Assembly: GCA_947178255.1 (NCBI GenBank)
Contig: CAMWXP010000002.1
Location: forward strand, 17,421 to 81,420
Reading direction: 5' to 3'
Length of the DNA: 64,000 bases
Origin: an uncultured Clostridia bacterium
Lineage (GTDB): Bacteria; Bacillota; Clostridia; Christensenellales; Pumilibacteraceae
Shown here: positions 29,163 through 39,853 of the stretch, one piece after another
Numbering within the stretch: the first letter of the stretch is position 1
Layout of the letters: each line of letters starts with the position of its first letter
Notes under the pieces: generated by a model
Told to the model about the DNA's origin: nothing
Seen by the model: the letters and a program-made list of their open reading frames with translations, nothing else
The model's database searches: none
Program-made: the position numbers and the translations under genes

Positions 29163-29997
29163 TCTGTCCTATTTTCTCGCCGCACTTGACAACCGTTTCC
29201 AAATCCTTGGCAGTGTTGATAAAAAACTCGTCGTCAAGCTCCGCCCTGTCCTTTTCCAGCAACAGTATTACGGTGGAGCCGCCGAACTCGAACTTGCCCT
29301 TTTCCTGACCGCGCTCGAAGCGGCCGTCCTTGACGGCGTTGACTATGCGCCCCACCATCATTGCGCCCACTTCCACCATCACCGCCTTGCCGAAGTTGTC
29401 GGTGTCCAGCACGGTGTATTCCCGACAGTTTTCGGTGAACACTCTGCGGTTTTCCAGCGCGACTGGCTGGACGGTGTGCAGCCGACCTTTGATAAAGGTA
29501 TTGCCGCTTGCCGTGCCGCCGTCGAAAAAGTGGTATCTGTGGTAATCGGTTACGCACAGCCTAAACACAATACACAGCCCGCCGCGGTAATGTTCGGCAA
29601 GCTCGGCATTCTTTAACAGCGTTTCCACCGTATAGTCGTAACCCTTTACGTTAAACTTTAACTCGTCGTCTATCCTGTACGCCGACACCTTACCGTCGCA
29701 CGGACTGCACAGTGCGTCGGGCTCCGTATCAAACGGACGAAGCTCGGGCTTGATGTGCCGAGTGAAAAAAGCGTTAAAGCTTTTGTAATCTTCCTCTATA
29801 AATTCCGACATGTCAATGCCGTTCTTTTTGATATACTTCTTTATTTTGCGGCGGGAAAGCTTGCCGTCGAGGTGATGTCCGACCAGCTTGCTAAGCCACC
29901 GCCGATTAATAAGGCGCAAGCACAGCCCGCCGAACCTTGTGTAATACAAAAATCTCAGCGATTTGGGAACCTGCGGCTTTTCTACTATTTCTCTCAT
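29140..29997 (-). CDS. psd: phosphatidylserine decarboxylase proenzyme
   Basis: FNAFFTR, SPCDG, DYHRYH, EVGAMMVGRI, FEFGGST cleavage motif. Confidence 0.92.
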   Translation of the reverse strand: MREIVEKPQVPKSLRFLYYTRFGGLCLRLINRRWLSKLVGHHLDGKLSRRKIKKYIKKNGIDMSEFIEEDYKSFNAFFTRHIKPELRPFDTEPDALCSPCDGKVSAYRIDDELKFNVKGYDYTVETLLKNAELAEHYRGGLCIVFRLCVTDYHRYHFFDGGTASGNTFIKGRLHTVQPVALENRRVFTENCREYTVLDTDNFGKAVMVEVGAMMVGRIVNAVKDGRFERGQEKGKFEFGGSTVILLLEKDRAELDDEFFINTAKDLETVVKCGEKIGQKIQNSEL

Positions 29998-30002
29998 TCC
30001 GG

Positions 30003-30872
30003 TTATATACCCATAGGCGTTCTTGTAAGCGGCGCAAACAGCACGACGCCGCACACGTAATAGCGAATGAGCGCAAGGCTTATTACAAGCACCGTTATGG
30101 TGACGACCGTTATTATAAGACCTTTAACGCGCGCCTTGAACATTTTGAACTTGAACACAAACAGGAACGCGCAAAGCAAATAGCACGTCATCATTATTAC
30201 GCTTTGGTAAATTATTATCGTATCGGAGTTGAGTCCTATCCATTCGGGATGGACGTCGAACATTGTTGCAAACAAATAGAACACGGGCAGCGCCAACGAC
30301 ACGTTGGTTATGGGCAAGCCCTCGTAGCTGTCCCGTCTTGTCGAAGTGGGATCTTTAAGTCTGTTGACTTCGCTGACGTCGTAGTACGCAAGCCGTACAA
30401 GTCCGCAAAGCGCAAAAATAACGTAAACAATGCAGTAATACCAACGCGTCATGCCCATAGCCACGCCTACCATTATCGGCGCAATACCAAACGACACCAT
30501 GTCGCTTAGCGAGTCTATGTTCATGCCGAACAGCTTGTCGTTGTCCGAACGGTGCTTGCGCGTTTTGGCGACCATGCCGTCAAAGGCGTCGCAAAGCCCT
30601 GCAAGCAAAAGGAAAAACGCCGCAATATCGTCCCTGCGCGGGCCGCCGTACGCCGCAGCAAAGCATATGCCGCAAATGGATAACGCGAGTGAAAGATATG
30701 TAAGTATGACGCCGTAGTGCCAATACCCCACAAAGTGTTTAAGCACAGGGTCGCGGTGAGGTTTTTGTCCTTCCGTTTGCGTGGTGGCGGGGGCGCTGTT
30801 TTGCTCGACCGTATCGTCCGGTCTTTCAGTTGTTTCCGTCATCTTGGGGTTCATCCTTTGACTGTTCGTCAT
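30003..30872 (-). CDS. pssA: CDP-alcohol phosphatidyltransferase (phosphatidylserine synthase)
   Basis: DAFDGMVAK...FGMNIDSLSDMVSFG, RLAYY, GLP; start may be 30842. Confidence 0.85.
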   Translation of the reverse strand: MTNSQRMNPKMTETTERPDDTVEQNSAPATTQTEGQKPHRDPVLKHFVGYWHYGVILTYLSLALSICGICFAAAYGGPRRDDIAAFFLLLAGLCDAFDGMVAKTRKHRSDNDKLFGMNIDSLSDMVSFGIAPIMVGVAMGMTRWYYCIVYVIFALCGLVRLAYYDVSEVNRLKDPTSTRRDSYEGLPITNVSLALPVFYLFATMFDVHPEWIGLNSDTIIIYQSVIMMTCYLLCAFLFVFKFKMFKARVKGLIITVVTITVLVISLALIRYYVCGVVLFAPLTRTPMGI

Positions 30873-32148
30873 ATTGAATTTGTGCCGATTGTTCGGCGGG
30901 ATTGTCCGATTGAGCTTGTGCCGATTGTTCTACCGGCTGCTCGACCTCGTTTTCCGCATTGGCGGACTTTTTGTGCTTTCTGGGCGCCGACGGCACAGAC
31001 TGTTCCTCGTCGGCAATCGATTTTATAACCGAATCGCTTTTCAGCGCGGTGTACACGTCCACGTCCTCGGGTATATCGGGAGGCGGAGCGCCCACCTCGG
31101 CTTTTATCTTTTTAATGCCTACCGCGTGGTATACCAGCGTGTACAGCCCTGTAACGATCATGCTTATATAGAACGAAATTGCGCGCGACACCATCATTGC
31201 CGAAAGCACAAAGGTCATGTCGGGGAAGCCTATGCCAAACACGTTGGGATACAAATATTCGTACACGCCCGTGCCGCCGGGAAGCGGTATGGAGTTGTAC
31301 CCGATCATCACGTATGCCTGCATGCAGAACAGTTCCAAAAAGCTTACGTCGACCTTGCCGAACAGCGGCGACGCCATTATTACAAAGCACGGAATCAACG
31401 TTTGCGACACACGCTGCGCCACGTTTAGCAGCAACGAGTTTACAAAAAGCATGGGGTGTTTTTTTATTACGGTGCGGCAGGAACGGTATTTGGTTACAAC
31501 GCCTTCCAGCTTACCGCGCCACTTGTCCGTCTTTTTTACAATGTGCATTTTGGAGAGCAGCGTTATGCCCCAGTTGCCTATTTTGAGTATCACCCTCGCG
31601 CGGAACAAGCAAAGCAGCAATAATGCGAGCAGTGCAAGCTGAATAACAAACCCGACTATAACAAGCGTTTTGGCCAACCAGTGCCCTATCTGACCGAACA
31701 TGCCGGGGCAAGCCACAACGCCGAACAATCCGACAAGTATCGTTGCCATCGTGTACGCTATTATGTTGAACAGTACGGTAAAGCCCGCCGTGCCGCCGCT
31801 CATGCCGTCGCGCATCATATAGAACGCGGAAGCGGGTTGTCCGCCGCTTGCCGACGGCGTGATTGCCGAGTAGTACAGGTCGGCGGTGGAATACGCTACC
31901 GACGATGTGAACTTGCTTTTGCGGCCGAGCGCGTGCGCTATTATGTGCAGGCTTATCGCCTCGAAAATAATATAGCCAAAAAGCCCGCCGAACGCGCCGA
32001 CGATAAACCACGGATTGCAGTTATAAAGGAATTGACCTATATCGTGTATGTTAATATCCTGACTGACAAAAATCACGATAAACGTAACGCTTATCAAAAC
32101 GATAAGGAACGCTATGTTTATTATTTGTTTTTTTGCCTTTTTTGTCAT
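30826..32148 (-). CDS. lysylphosphatidylglycerol synthase TM region / UPF0104 flippase-like protein
   Basis: AITPSASGGQP, IPLPGGTG motifs; acidic disordered tail. Confidence 0.8.
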   Translation of the reverse strand: MTKKAKKQIINIAFLIVLISVTFIVIFVSQDINIHDIGQFLYNCNPWFIVGAFGGLFGYIIFEAISLHIIAHALGRKSKFTSSVAYSTADLYYSAITPSASGGQPASAFYMMRDGMSGGTAGFTVLFNIIAYTMATILVGLFGVVACPGMFGQIGHWLAKTLVIVGFVIQLALLALLLLCLFRARVILKIGNWGITLLSKMHIVKKTDKWRGKLEGVVTKYRSCRTVIKKHPMLFVNSLLLNVAQRVSQTLIPCFVIMASPLFGKVDVSFLELFCMQAYVMIGYNSIPLPGGTGVYEYLYPNVFGIGFPDMTFVLSAMMVSRAISFYISMIVTGLYTLVYHAVGIKKIKAEVGAPPPDIPEDVDVYTALKSDSVIKSIADEEQSVPSAPRKHKKSANAENEVEQPVEQSAQAQSDNPAEQSAQIQYDEQSKDEPQDDGNN

Positions 32149-32333
32149 ACACTCTCACTTTTTGTGACAATTTTAGGTCACACTATTTACATATTACCAC
32201 AAGAGCGCAATTTAGTCAAGCAATGCGCGCGATATAGCACGCAATCAACCTTTTTTACCGCAAAAAAACACGACGGACCAAGTCCGCCGCGGTTTTTGTA
32301 CAGGATAGTTACAATATATATATATCAGCTTGT

Positions 32334-33389
32334 CTACTTGTCGTCCGCAGCCTTAGCTGTGGAATTGGGAAAGCCTGCCTCCTCGGCGAGTTTTTTATAC
32401 TTTTCGGCAAGCGCCTCGTCCACCTTTGTGCCTATGCCGCGCGCGTAGCAATCGGCAAGGTCGGCGTATGCGACGGGAAAGCTTTGTTCGGCGGCACGCT
32501 TAAACAGGGAGAAGGCACGCCGTTCGTCCGCTTTTATTCCCACGCCGTCGCGCAGGCATTTGGCAAGGTTGTACTGCGCAGGGGCGCTGTCCGCATCGGC
32601 GGCTATTGTGTACAGCTGTACCGCCTTTTCCTCGTTCTTCTCCAACCCCCTGCCTGTTTCGTAGCAAAAGCCGAGGTTGGCGACAGCTACGGGATTGCCC
32701 AACTTACCCGCCTGCTCGAACCAATGCACAGCCTGGGCATAGTCCATTTTTACACCCCTGCCGTTAAGATAGCACATACCGACGTTGTTTTGCGCAATCG
32801 GATATCCGTTTTGCGCGGCGCGGTAATAGTACAAATACGCCTTTTCACCGTCCGCCTTGACGCCGCGCCCAAAGTTGTAGCAATCGCCCACATTGTTTTG
32901 CGCCGCGGCAAAATCGTTCTCCGCCGAACGCATAAAGCAATCGAACGCCTTTTCCAAATCGACTTCCACACCCAGTCCGTGCTGGTAGCAAAAACCGAGG
33001 TCGTTAAGTCCGCCCGGGTGATTTTTATCCGCGGAGGCTTGGAATATTTCCACAGCCTTATTGTAGTCGCGCTCGACAACCTGACCCTCGAAATAGAAGT
33101 GCCCCATAGTGAACTGCGCGTCAAGGTTTCCCATTTCCGCCGCTTGGCTGATAAGCTCGTACGCCTTTTTCTCGTCGTGCTCCACGCCTAAGCCGCGTAT
33201 ATAACATACGCCCAGCGAGAATATGGCGGGCGCGTATCCCAGCCTTGCACTCTGCTCGTAGCCGTCTACCGCTTTTTTAAAGTCCACCGGCATGCCGTCG
33301 CCGGTAAAATGCTTTTCTGCTTGGTCGAAGTACTTCTTCGCCAAAAATTCGGTGGGCGAAAGCCCGCTTTGATTGTTGTTTTTTGCCAT
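32334..33389 (-). CDS. Sel1-like repeat protein (about 9 repeats)
   Basis: repeated A..nLG.cY..G.GV..d..kA..wy..aA. Confidence 0.92.
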   Translation of the reverse strand: MAKNNNQSGLSPTEFLAKKYFDQAEKHFTGDGMPVDFKKAVDGYEQSARLGYAPAIFSLGVCYIRGLGVEHDEKKAYELISQAAEMGNLDAQFTMGHFYFEGQVVERDYNKAVEIFQASADKNHPGGLNDLGFCYQHGLGVEVDLEKAFDCFMRSAENDFAAAQNNVGDCYNFGRGVKADGEKAYLYYYRAAQNGYPIAQNNVGMCYLNGRGVKMDYAQAVHWFEQAGKLGNPVAVANLGFCYETGRGLEKNEEKAVQLYTIAADADSAPAQYNLAKCLRDGVGIKADERRAFSLFKRAAEQSFPVAYADLADCYARGIGTKVDEALAEKYKKLAEEAGFPNSTAKAADDK

Positions 33390-33466
33390 ATTAACCTCTC
33401 GGTATTACATTAGTATGCAATGCCATTGAAAATATTTTAACATAGAAAAAAGAAAATTGCAAGTAC

Positions 33467-33484
33467 AATTCATAATTCCGAATT
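33467..33484. repeat. short heptamer array
   Basis: AATTCAT AATTCCG AATT overlapping the DJ-1 stop. Confidence 0.6.
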
Positions 33485-34031
33485 AGTATTGTATTGCCGC
33501 TTTTACCTTTTGCGCAACGTCATCGCCTTTGAGCAAACGTATAAGCTCCAAACCCAAATCGACGGCGCAGCCCGGTCCGCGCGAAGTAGTTATGTTTCCG
33601 TCCGTTACAACGCGTGCGGTCATATCCATGCTCGCGCCTATGCAACCGCCCTCGAAGCCGGGAAAGCACGTCGCTTTTTTGCCGCGCAAGTAACCGTTGG
33701 CGCCAAGCACAACCGCAGGCGCCGCGCAAATCGCCGCGACGCGTTTGCCTGACTTGATTTGCTTATCTATCGCCGACATAAGCGGAACGCAAGAGGCAAG
33801 ATGCTCCGACCCCGGCATGCCGCCCGGAAGGAAAATCAAGTCTGCGTCCGACAAGTCCGTTTCGCTCACGGTCAAGTCCGCTTGGATTTTTATTTTGTGC
33901 GAGCCGACGATCTGCTTTCCGTCCACCGATACGAGCGCAGTGTCTATTCCCGCGCGGCGCAATAGGTCCACAACGGCAAGGCACTCCACCTCCTCTGTGC
34001 CGTCGGCTATCATAGCGTAAACCTTTGACAT
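33483..34031 (-). CDS. DJ-1/PfpI (YajL/ThiJ) family protein
   Basis: GTEEVE, LPGGMPG, AAICAAP, TSRGPG; GGAGG RBS. Confidence 0.92.
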   Translation of the reverse strand: MSKVYAMIADGTEEVECLAVVDLLRRAGIDTALVSVDGKQIVGSHKIKIQADLTVSETDLSDADLIFLPGGMPGSEHLASCVPLMSAIDKQIKSGKRVAAICAAPAVVLGANGYLRGKKATCFPGFEGGCIGASMDMTARVVTDGNITTSRGPGCAVDLGLELIRLLKGDDVAQKVKAAIQY

Positions 34032-34133
34032 AGTAACCTCCACAAATCTATCTATATTATATATCATTATTATATATCAATCGGCGCGCAATGTAAAGTT
34101 GATTTTTTAGACAAATAATGTTACAATTACTGT

Positions 34134-34748
34134 ATGGAAAAACTGTGCGTAATTTTCGGCGCGGGCGAAACGTATTCGCCGCGCAAGCATTTTTCAAAGG
34201 ACGACCTTATCATAGCCGCCGACGGTGGGTACGCCGCGGCAATCACAGCGGGGCTGGAACCTAACGTCGTAATCGGCGACTTCGATTCGGGCAACGTACC
34301 GGAAGCCGCCGCGCATGTGATTAAGCTAAACCGCGACAAGGACGACACGGACATGCTCGCCGCCGTCAAACTGGGACTACGCCGCGGGTACAAAACGTTC
34401 GTACTGTACGGCGGCACGGGCGGGCGACCCGACCATACATATGCCAATATTTCCACGCTGGCGTACCTAAACGCATACGACGCGCGCGGCTTTTTGGTGG
34501 ACCAATCGGCAATAGCGACGGTAATAACCGACGGCGATATAACGTTGCCGAAGACGGCGCACGGCACTGTTTCCGTATTCGCGTACGGTGGCACGGCAAG
34601 CGGCGTGACATATAAAAACCTGAGCTATATCCTAAACGACGTAGAACTCACTCCCGATTTTCCGCTCGGCGTATCCAACGCCACAACGGACAAGCCCGCC
34701 AAAATAAGCGTAAAGCACGGCTCGCTGCTTATTTACTTCCCGCGGTAA
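34134..34748 (+). CDS. thiN: thiamine pyrophosphokinase
   Basis: AADGG, GDFDS, KDDTD, GGRPDH, LGVSN. Confidence 0.92.
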   Translation: MEKLCVIFGAGETYSPRKHFSKDDLIIAADGGYAAAITAGLEPNVVIGDFDSGNVPEAAAHVIKLNRDKDDTDMLAAVKLGLRRGYKTFVLYGGTGGRPDHTYANISTLAYLNAYDARGFLVDQSAIATVITDGDITLPKTAHGTVSVFAYGGTASGVTYKNLSYILNDVELTPDFPLGVSNATTDKPAKISVKHGSLLIYFPR

Positions 34749-34774
34749 ACTCACGACAATATTTATATACAATC

Positions 34775-34803
34775 AAAAAGGGACGGTGCAAACCGTCCCT
34801 TTT
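34775..34803. terminator. bidirectional terminator
   Basis: AAAAAGGGACGG-TGCAAA-CCGTCCCTTTT between convergent genes. Confidence 0.8.
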
Positions 34804-34830
34804 GTAGTGTTACAACCGTATCAATTATGT

Positions 34831-35394
34831 TCAGAAAAGTATTTGAATTGTGCCGCTAGCGACCTCGGGAGAACAATAAACCGGAATTTTACTGCTCTTT
34901 ATTTCAAATAGACTTATTGTGCAAGTATAAGTGCTGCCTTTTTTTACTTTGCCGATGCTTTTTGTTATTTCATATATTTTGGAATGATTGCTGTCATAGA
35001 AGAAAAATTTAATATCCAAATCATCGATATCTTCGCGCGGCTTTATACTGCATTCCACCCCTATGGTTGCAAAATTGGCGCTATAATCAAGACTGACATC
35101 TTCGTTTGTTGCTTCTCTTTTTGCAAATAAATGCACACCCAAAGCAAAAAGCCCTATTGCTACCAATTCCGTAATTAATATAATAAGAAAGCCGTTCGTT
35201 TTTTTCGGGCAGTGATTTTCCGTTATTTCTTCATTGCCGTTACTGCAAAAGTCATTGTAGCGTTTCAGTTTCAGTTTTGCCGATATTATTCGCGCTACAA
35301 TAAAAGCCAATATAATCACAACTATAAAGGCTATTAAAACGTAGCCGAGTTCTTCACTTCCGTTATTCGAATAGTTTACAGGCGGCGATACCAT
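34831..35394 (-). CDS. AT-rich hypothetical membrane protein
   Basis: two TMs plus beta-rich C-terminus; GAGG RBS. Confidence 0.55.
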   Translation of the reverse strand: MVSPPVNYSNNGSEELGYVLIAFIVVIILAFIVARIISAKLKLKRYNDFCSNGNEEITENHCPKKTNGFLIILITELVAIGLFALGVHLFAKREATNEDVSLDYSANFATIGVECSIKPREDIDDLDIKFFFYDSNHSKIYEITKSIGKVKKGSTYTCTISLFEIKSSKIPVYCSPEVASGTIQILF

Positions 35395-35419
35395 GTTAAT
35401 ATCCTCAGTTATCGGGGTT

Positions 35420-37108
35420 TTATTGTCCTTGTTTTTTCATTTCTTTTTGCGCGGGCTTGGAACCGAGCTTGGCGGCTTGGCGGATAAAGCCTTGGCCGTT
35501 AGTTTCGTTCTTTTCCGTGCCGTGACCGTTTAGATAGCACAGGCCCAAATAGTACATGGCGTCGGCGTGCTTTTGCTTTGCCGCCTCCTTGAACCAGAAA
35601 TACGCTTGGTCGTAGTCGATGTCGATATCCTCGCCGGAGTAATATAACGTACCCAGCGTGTACTGCGATTCGGCGTCGCCTTCCATTGCCGCGGCGGTAA
35701 GCTCGTCAAACTTCATCCAGAATTCTTTGTTGGCAAGCTGGCTGCGGTATTCGTCCATGATTTTTTCGTTTTCCGCAATGAGCTTGCGCTCCGCTTCGAT
35801 ACGTTCCTCGGTTATGTTTATGCTCGCGTTGTATTCCTTGCGCTTTTGGGCGTCGCCCAGCACGTCGTACGCCGCCTGCACCTTTTGCAGCTTGGCTACT
35901 ATCGCGTCGCCCGACTTGCCGGCATAGCGCTTGTGCAGCTTGTTGTACGTTTCCTCGATTTCCTCGTCCGTCGCCCAAATGAGCACGCCCAAATCGCCGT
36001 AAAGCGTGGGCTTGGCAAGGCGCTTGTCGGCATTGGTCTTTTTGGTCCACGCCTCAATACGCTTTTCGGTATCGGACAAAAACTCCTCGCTCTTGGCGTA
36101 CTGTTGCCACTGCTCGTTTTCGGCGCGCAACGTTTCCACCTCGGCGGTGAGCTCCTCTATCTTTTTGTTGAGCGCGTCTATTTCGTCTTGGAGCTGTCTG
36201 CGCTTGTCTTGTTGAAGCCTGATCTGCGCGGAGTTCTTCAAGTCATATTGCTTGTTGTCGCGTTCGAGCTTGCTCACGTTGTCGGACAAATCGGACTTTT
36301 CTTTTTCTATCTTTTCCTTTTCCGATTGGATAGCCGACTTTTCGCGTTCCAGTTCTTTTATCGTCTTTTTGGCTTTGTCAAGCTCGGCTTTGAGCTCGGA
36401 GTTTTCGTTTCTGGCACGCTTAGCCGCGTTGCCGCCCTGCTCGGACAGCGCTTCTTCCAATTCCTTTATACGGGTGTTGGCAAGCGTGTTTTCGCGGTCG
36501 CGGTTGAACAGCTCCTGCTCCAAATCGCGCCTGTCGTCCTCGGCGTCGCGCAGCTTGCGTTTAAGCTCCGCTTCGCTGTCTTGGAGCGGTTTGATTTTTT
36601 TGTTTTCGGCAACTGCCGTTGCAAGCGCCGCTTTAAGCTTTTTGATTTCCGCGTCCATTTGCGCACGCGCTTCGGCTACGCCTTGCTGGTACGCCTGGTT
36701 GACCAAGGCTTGTATCTGCGCTTGCGCCATGTTCGCTTGCACTTGCGCACGCATACGCGCCGCGGTCATAGAATCATGTCGGCCGCCCATGTTCATATTC
36801 ATGTTCATGTTGCGGAATGCCGCCTGCCGCGCCGCTTCCTGGGCCTGTGCGCGCTGGCGTGCAATAATCTCTTCCTGGCTGGGATGAGGAGCACTCGCCT
36901 CTCTCAGCTTGGCATCGTATTCCGCGCGAGACTGCGGGTCGGACAACACCGCGTTCGCTTCGTTTATGTCCGCAAACTTGCTTGCCGCCGACGCGTCGTC
37001 GGGGTTTACGTCGGGATGGTATTTTTTGGCGAGCACGCGGTAGCTGCTTTTTATCTCCGCTTCCGTCGCCGTCGGCTTTACGCCCAAAATCTGATAGTAG
37101 TTTTTCAT
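35420..37108 (-). CDS. J-domain protein with coiled coil, second HPD-less J-like domain and Sel1 repeats
   Basis: NYYQILGV...KKYHPDVNP; long heptad region; LYGDLGV...[19 protein letters not shown]; two Sel1 repeats. Confidence 0.8.
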   Translation of the reverse strand: MKNYYQILGVKPTATEAEIKSSYRVLAKKYHPDVNPDDASAASKFADINEANAVLSDPQSRAEYDAKLREASAPHPSQEEIIARQRAQAQEAARQAAFRNMNMNMNMGGRHDSMTAARMRAQVQANMAQAQIQALVNQAYQQGVAEARAQMDAEIKKLKAALATAVAENKKIKPLQDSEAELKRKLRDAEDDRRDLEQELFNRDRENTLANTRIKELEEALSEQGGNAAKRARNENSELKAELDKAKKTIKELEREKSAIQSEKEKIEKEKSDLSDNVSKLERDNKQYDLKNSAQIRLQQDKRRQLQDEIDALNKKIEELTAEVETLRAENEQWQQYAKSEEFLSDTEKRIEAWTKKTNADKRLAKPTLYGDLGVLIWATDEEIEETYNKLHKRYAGKSGDAIVAKLQKVQAAYDVLGDAQKRKEYNASINITEERIEAERKLIAENEKIMDEYRSQLANKEFWMKFDELTAAAMEGDAESQYTLGTLYYSGEDIDIDYDQAYFWFKEAAKQKHADAMYYLGLCYLNGHGTEKNETNGQGFIRQAAKLGSKPAQKEMKKQGQ

Positions 37109-37145
37109 ACGACTTAATTGTACAATAAGGCGCGAATTTTGTCAA

Positions 37146-37172
37146 CTTACTTCTTTTGAAAAAAGAAGTAAG
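37146..37172. repeat. AT-rich palindrome CTTACTTCTTT/AAAGAAGTAAG
   Basis: 11-bp perfect stem directly upstream of a -35 box. Confidence 0.5.
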
Positions 37173-37326
37173 CAAGAAAATTTTAATGTTGTGTGTTTGC
37201 TAACGCGTAATTATTGCTTTTCACCCAATTAATTATTTCTCATTATTTATTGCTGAACGCCACTCTTTCGGTATTTGCGAAATACATTTTGTCTTTTTAT
37301 ACAGCGCGATAACCTCTGCGCTTTTA

Positions 37327-37358
37327 AATTCTGCATTCTGCATTCCTAATTCTGCATT
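37327..37358. repeat. heptamer array (CATTCTG/AATTCTG)
   Basis: supplies last codons (MQN) and stop of the bsh-like gene. Confidence 0.75.
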
Positions 37359-38320
37359 AATATATGCTCGCCCTTAATCATGGGATAGCGCACTAATGCT
37401 GTGCCGTCAAGGTTGACCTTGTTCATATCCACGGCGGTTATTTGGCGATTGTCGTAGCTTGTATAGTACAGCACGCCCTTATCAACGTTATAGCATGTAG
37501 TATATATAGTCGTTTCGCAATGCCCGTTGTCCAGTATGCAGCAGCCGCGTGTTTGATCGACCGTACCCATTATGTGAAAATACTGACTGACGCTATGCTC
37601 GCAGTCCTCGCACACCGGCGAATTGAGCGCGGTAAACGCCGCGCGCACAAACCGCGACTGCGACGACAAATCACCCGGCAATCCCAGCGCGCCCATACCA
37701 CGGCTGTACTTGTTAAATTCCAGCTTATCGGAAAACCCGACGGTGGGCGGCTTGGGCGTAAGACTCATGTAATTGTTAAGGCAAAACATTTGCGTGGGGA
37801 ACGGCGGATTGTTGGTAAGCACGCCAACATTGTTGTCGTACACGTGCATGCCGTCCTTGTCGCATTCGACGACGATTGCCGCGGTTTTATCGGCAATCAT
37901 CCAGTGCAGCTCGGCGGCCGGCAAGGTGTCGCTGAACGGCGTATCGGTCAGGTTTATGCGGTCCAGCAATCGCTTGGCTTGCTCGACTGTCGCGCATTGA
38001 CACAGTATCCACGGAATGAACTCGAACGTGGCGACGTTGTCCTTGCCGCACTCGGGCTTGCAAAACGTCGCGTTGCCGACGTAGTTAAGTCCCGCCATGG
38101 CGAGCCCCTTGTCGTTGCAGGCGTCGTAGTACAGCGGCGTGCCGTCCACCACGTACGCCACACCGATAATGGCATGGTGCGCAGGAATAGTGCCCATCTC
38201 GCGGAAGTAAAGCTTGCGCCGCCGCGGCGTAATTACTATCTCCTCTTTGTACGCGCAATCGTTGTCGAGCGTACGCCCGAAAAAGAAATTATTGGAATTA
38301 TACTTTAACGCAGTGCACAT
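37346..38320 (-). CDS. choloylglycine hydrolase family Ntn-hydrolase (bile salt hydrolase / penicillin V acylase)
   Basis: N-terminal nucleophile Cys2 (MCTA), GRTLD, VLTNNPPF, PGDLSSQSRFVRA. Confidence 0.9.
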   Translation of the reverse strand: MCTALKYNSNNFFFGRTLDNDCAYKEEIVITPRRRKLYFREMGTIPAHHAIIGVAYVVDGTPLYYDACNDKGLAMAGLNYVGNATFCKPECGKDNVATFEFIPWILCQCATVEQAKRLLDRINLTDTPFSDTLPAAELHWMIADKTAAIVVECDKDGMHVYDNNVGVLTNNPPFPTQMFCLNNYMSLTPKPPTVGFSDKLEFNKYSRGMGALGLPGDLSSQSRFVRAAFTALNSPVCEDCEHSVSQYFHIMGTVDQTRGCCILDNGHCETTIYTTCYNVDKGVLYYTSYDNRQITAVDMNKVNLDGTALVRYPMIKGEHILMQN

Positions 38321-38462
38321 AGTTTACTCCTTTAATCGGCGTTTCGCCGTAATTTAAATATTAACTCAATATAAATTGTTTATGCTGTATGTATAGAAAA
38401 AGCAACAACAAGCCATGGATATTTCCACGGCTTGTCGTGCATTGTTATTTTGATTATTCGAT

Positions 38463-39638
38463 TTACGGGTTAACGCTTGTGTTAGGCGCGGGTATCAAGA
38501 TCGTAGCCGAATCACCCGTCATTACGTCGGGCAGCTCGCCGTTCCACTTGGACAGATACTCGATATATTTAAGGTACTCGGATATTACGGCGATTTCCGC
38601 GGCACTCTTGCCCTCGAAATTAATTTCGTACTCCGCCTCGGTAACAACGTTGCCGGCCTCGTCCGTCGTTGCCGCAGTTACTTCCTTAACCTCGAATCCG
38701 AGCATACGCGCAACCTCGAGCGATTTCAGTTTGGTGGCACGCGCTTCGGCTTTGGCGATAGCGATCTGCGCTTTGGCGTCACCCTCGGCGGCGGCAATGC
38801 GCGCCTCGGCGGCAAGCTTGGCAACTGCAAGTTCGGCTTTCGCTTTGGTTTCCGCAACACTCGCGGCAGCGGCAGCTTCTATCTTGGCCTTTTCAGCCTC
38901 GTACTCCGCCTTTTTCTGTTCCTGCTCGGCTATCATCTTTTGCTCGACGGTCTGCTCGAACGCATCCGAAAAGTCGATGTTGGTAAGAACAGCGGTATTG
39001 ATCGTTACGTAGTAGCTTTCCGAAATAGCGCCCTGTATAGCTTCCTCCACTTTGGGCGAAATGCTTGCGCGCGTTTCGATAATAGTCATAGCCGAATCGC
39101 TGGACAGAACGGACTTGGCACGCTCTATGGATACGCTACGAATTTTTGCGGACAAAGCTTCCAGCGAGCCGTAGGTCGTGGCTATTTCTTTAACCTTGCT
39201 CGTATCTATCTGATACTGCACGGTCATGCAAATATCCATGGTTTGCGCGTCCTTGCTGTACGCGTTGTCGCGGATATCCAGCGTTTGCACCTTGGCGTCG
39301 TAATAATCGTATTTTTCTGTGATCCAAAAATCGAAGTACGTGCCGGCGGTGCGGACTTCCCTTATTTCACCCAAATGTTTTACAACTGCGATTTCGCCTG
39401 CATTGACGGTGTGGAAGCTGCCTGGGATAAAGAACACCAACAGCGCAAACAACACGCCGCAGCCCAAACCGACCCAGCGCAAAATTTTCCACAGCGGTTT
39501 TACCTCACCTTCGCGCGGAACGACGCGATTGCCTGCGCGCACCGTTTTGCTCGTCTTTTTTGTGGCGAGAACAAATGCGACTGCGCCCGCTACCATAAGC
39601 GCCGCGAAAAGCAGTCCCAATACTACACCGATTGCCAT
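38463..39638 (-). CDS. SPFH/band-7 (prohibitin-like) membrane protein
   Basis: SKDAQ, NIDFSDAFEQTVEQKMIAEQ, KWNGELP. Confidence 0.85.
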   Translation of the reverse strand: MAIGVVLGLLFAALMVAGAVAFVLATKKTSKTVRAGNRVVPREGEVKPLWKILRWVGLGCGVLFALLVFFIPGSFHTVNAGEIAVVKHLGEIREVRTAGTYFDFWITEKYDYYDAKVQTLDIRDNAYSKDAQTMDICMTVQYQIDTSKVKEIATTYGSLEALSAKIRSVSIERAKSVLSSDSAMTIIETRASISPKVEEAIQGAISESYYVTINTAVLTNIDFSDAFEQTVEQKMIAEQEQKKAEYEAEKAKIEAAAAASVAETKAKAELAVAKLAAEARIAAAEGDAKAQIAIAKAEARATKLKSLEVARMLGFEVKEVTAATTDEAGNVVTEAEYEINFEGKSAAEIAVISEYLKYIEYLSKWNGELPDVMTGDSATILIPAPNTSVNP

Positions 39639-39821
39639 AATTACATATTCTCCTTTTTGTATGTATTCTTATTTGTGCGGGGCGCCCCGCGATTTACAAA
39701 TATATAGTAACACATTTGCATATGCTTTTCAATACGATTTGCATACAATTTTTGCAAAATACTTGTAAAAATTACAAGAAAAAGATTCCCCGCCAAATCA
39801 GTGAGGAATCTTATCTTTTTT

Positions 39822-39853
39822 AATTCCGAATTCATAATTCCGAATTCCGAATT
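39822..39853. repeat. heptamer array
   Basis: AATTCCG AATTCAT AATTCCG AATTCCG AATT overlapping stop at 39852. Confidence 0.8.
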
